Assembly (NCBI GenBank): GCA_028534125.1
Contig: CM052848.1
Location: 2,480,001 to 2,544,000 of the forward strand
Direction: 5' to 3'
Length of the DNA: 64,000 bases
DNA from: Lama glama
Lineage: Eukaryota
The notes beneath the pieces were generated by a model. The model saw only the letters and a program-made list of their open reading frames with translations. It had not been told where the DNA came from and did not search any database. Below are positions 63,392 through 64,000 of this stretch, piece after piece; positions within the stretch are counted from its first letter, which is position 1; each line of letters begins with the position of its first letter. The position numbers and the translations under genes were made by a program.

Positions 63392-63530
63392 AATGACCTT
63401 TAATGAAAACGAATGTGAACGCTAACCTACGCACATAGATGCAGGACTGGGACACTGCGCTGTGCACCAGAAACTGACACGCTGCAACTGACTATGCTTC
63501 CAGTAAGTAAATAAATACATAAAAATAAAT
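63392..63530 (+). mobile_element. Short camelid-type L1 3' end
   Basis: 'aatgacctttaatgaaaa...gactgggacactgcgctgtgcaccagaaactgacac...aactgactatgcttc' and an A-rich tail; flanked by AAAATAAATG-like repeats. Confidence 0.8.
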
Positions 63531-64000
63531 GCATGCGAAGTGCCTAGTGCGTAAACGTGAATTACTTTCCTTCCTCATTTCCGCAATCCTCAATGAATTA
63601 TTCTGAAGGAAATGCTTAACGGCGAGAGAAAGGGAAAAAAAATGTAGCTCGACAGGATTTCTGAAGGGAACTCACCGTTCTCCTGAGCAATTTATCCGTC
63701 AGAAGAAAGAGCTGTCTTCACCGCATTCTTCCACTCTAAGAGGTGGTTGCCCTCTGGGAGATGCGGGGATGAAAGGAACGTACCTTCCTGTTCACCTGCC
63801 CCGGACGGCGCGCTGCTGTCTGGCGGGTGCTTCCCTGGCAGCAGAAGAATGGCTGCCATGGCAAGGGTGCGCGGGACTCCGGGTGCACGGGGCCTCCTCC
63901 TTCCCTTTAGCAGTCGGCAGCAGTCCTGGGTTTGGCAGAACCTTTAAGCAGACAAGACATCGATGTGGAGCTGCATGAATGCCAGAGGAACCAAGCTCAA

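Noticed and set aside
1-64000. L1 strand bias as evidence for an enclosing plus-strand gene
   Set aside because: About 11 minus versus 8 plus fragments is too even to support it.
1-64000. CRISPR array, operon, prophage or other prokaryotic-type system
   Set aside because: There are no regularly spaced repeats with unique spacers and no gene-dense ORFs; the sequence is clearly mammalian repeat-rich DNA.

Overview
Mammalian non-coding DNA, not prokaryotic. It is most likely camelid (alpaca/llama/camel), judged from two Vic-1-type tRNA-derived SINEs and artiodactyl-type L1 3' ends. It comes from a draft scaffold with three N gaps. I find no supportable protein-coding gene, RNA gene or CRISPR array; the listed ORFs are chance ORFs or transposon remnants. 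The window reads as intergenic or deep-intronic DNA filled with transposon fossils: L1 of several ages, L2, MIR, MaLR (MLT1), a decayed ERVL provirus with a recognisable protease remnant, several solo LTRs, and hAT MITEs (MER20, MER3, MER102). Between them are unique stretches, some enhancer-like. Repeat names come from my recall of family consensus sequences, not a database search, and boundaries of old elements are approximate. I did not find a convincing new biological system. The best leads are: (i) strong AT-to-GC drift in fossil repeats, as expected from GC-biased gene conversion; (ii) a motif-dense, repeat-free enhancer candidate at 29.4-30.0 kb; (iii) a mirror-symmetric nest of inverted L1 ends at 32.4-37.3 kb; (iv) two L1s inserted successively at one target site; and (v) a solo LTR retaining a full promoter architecture.
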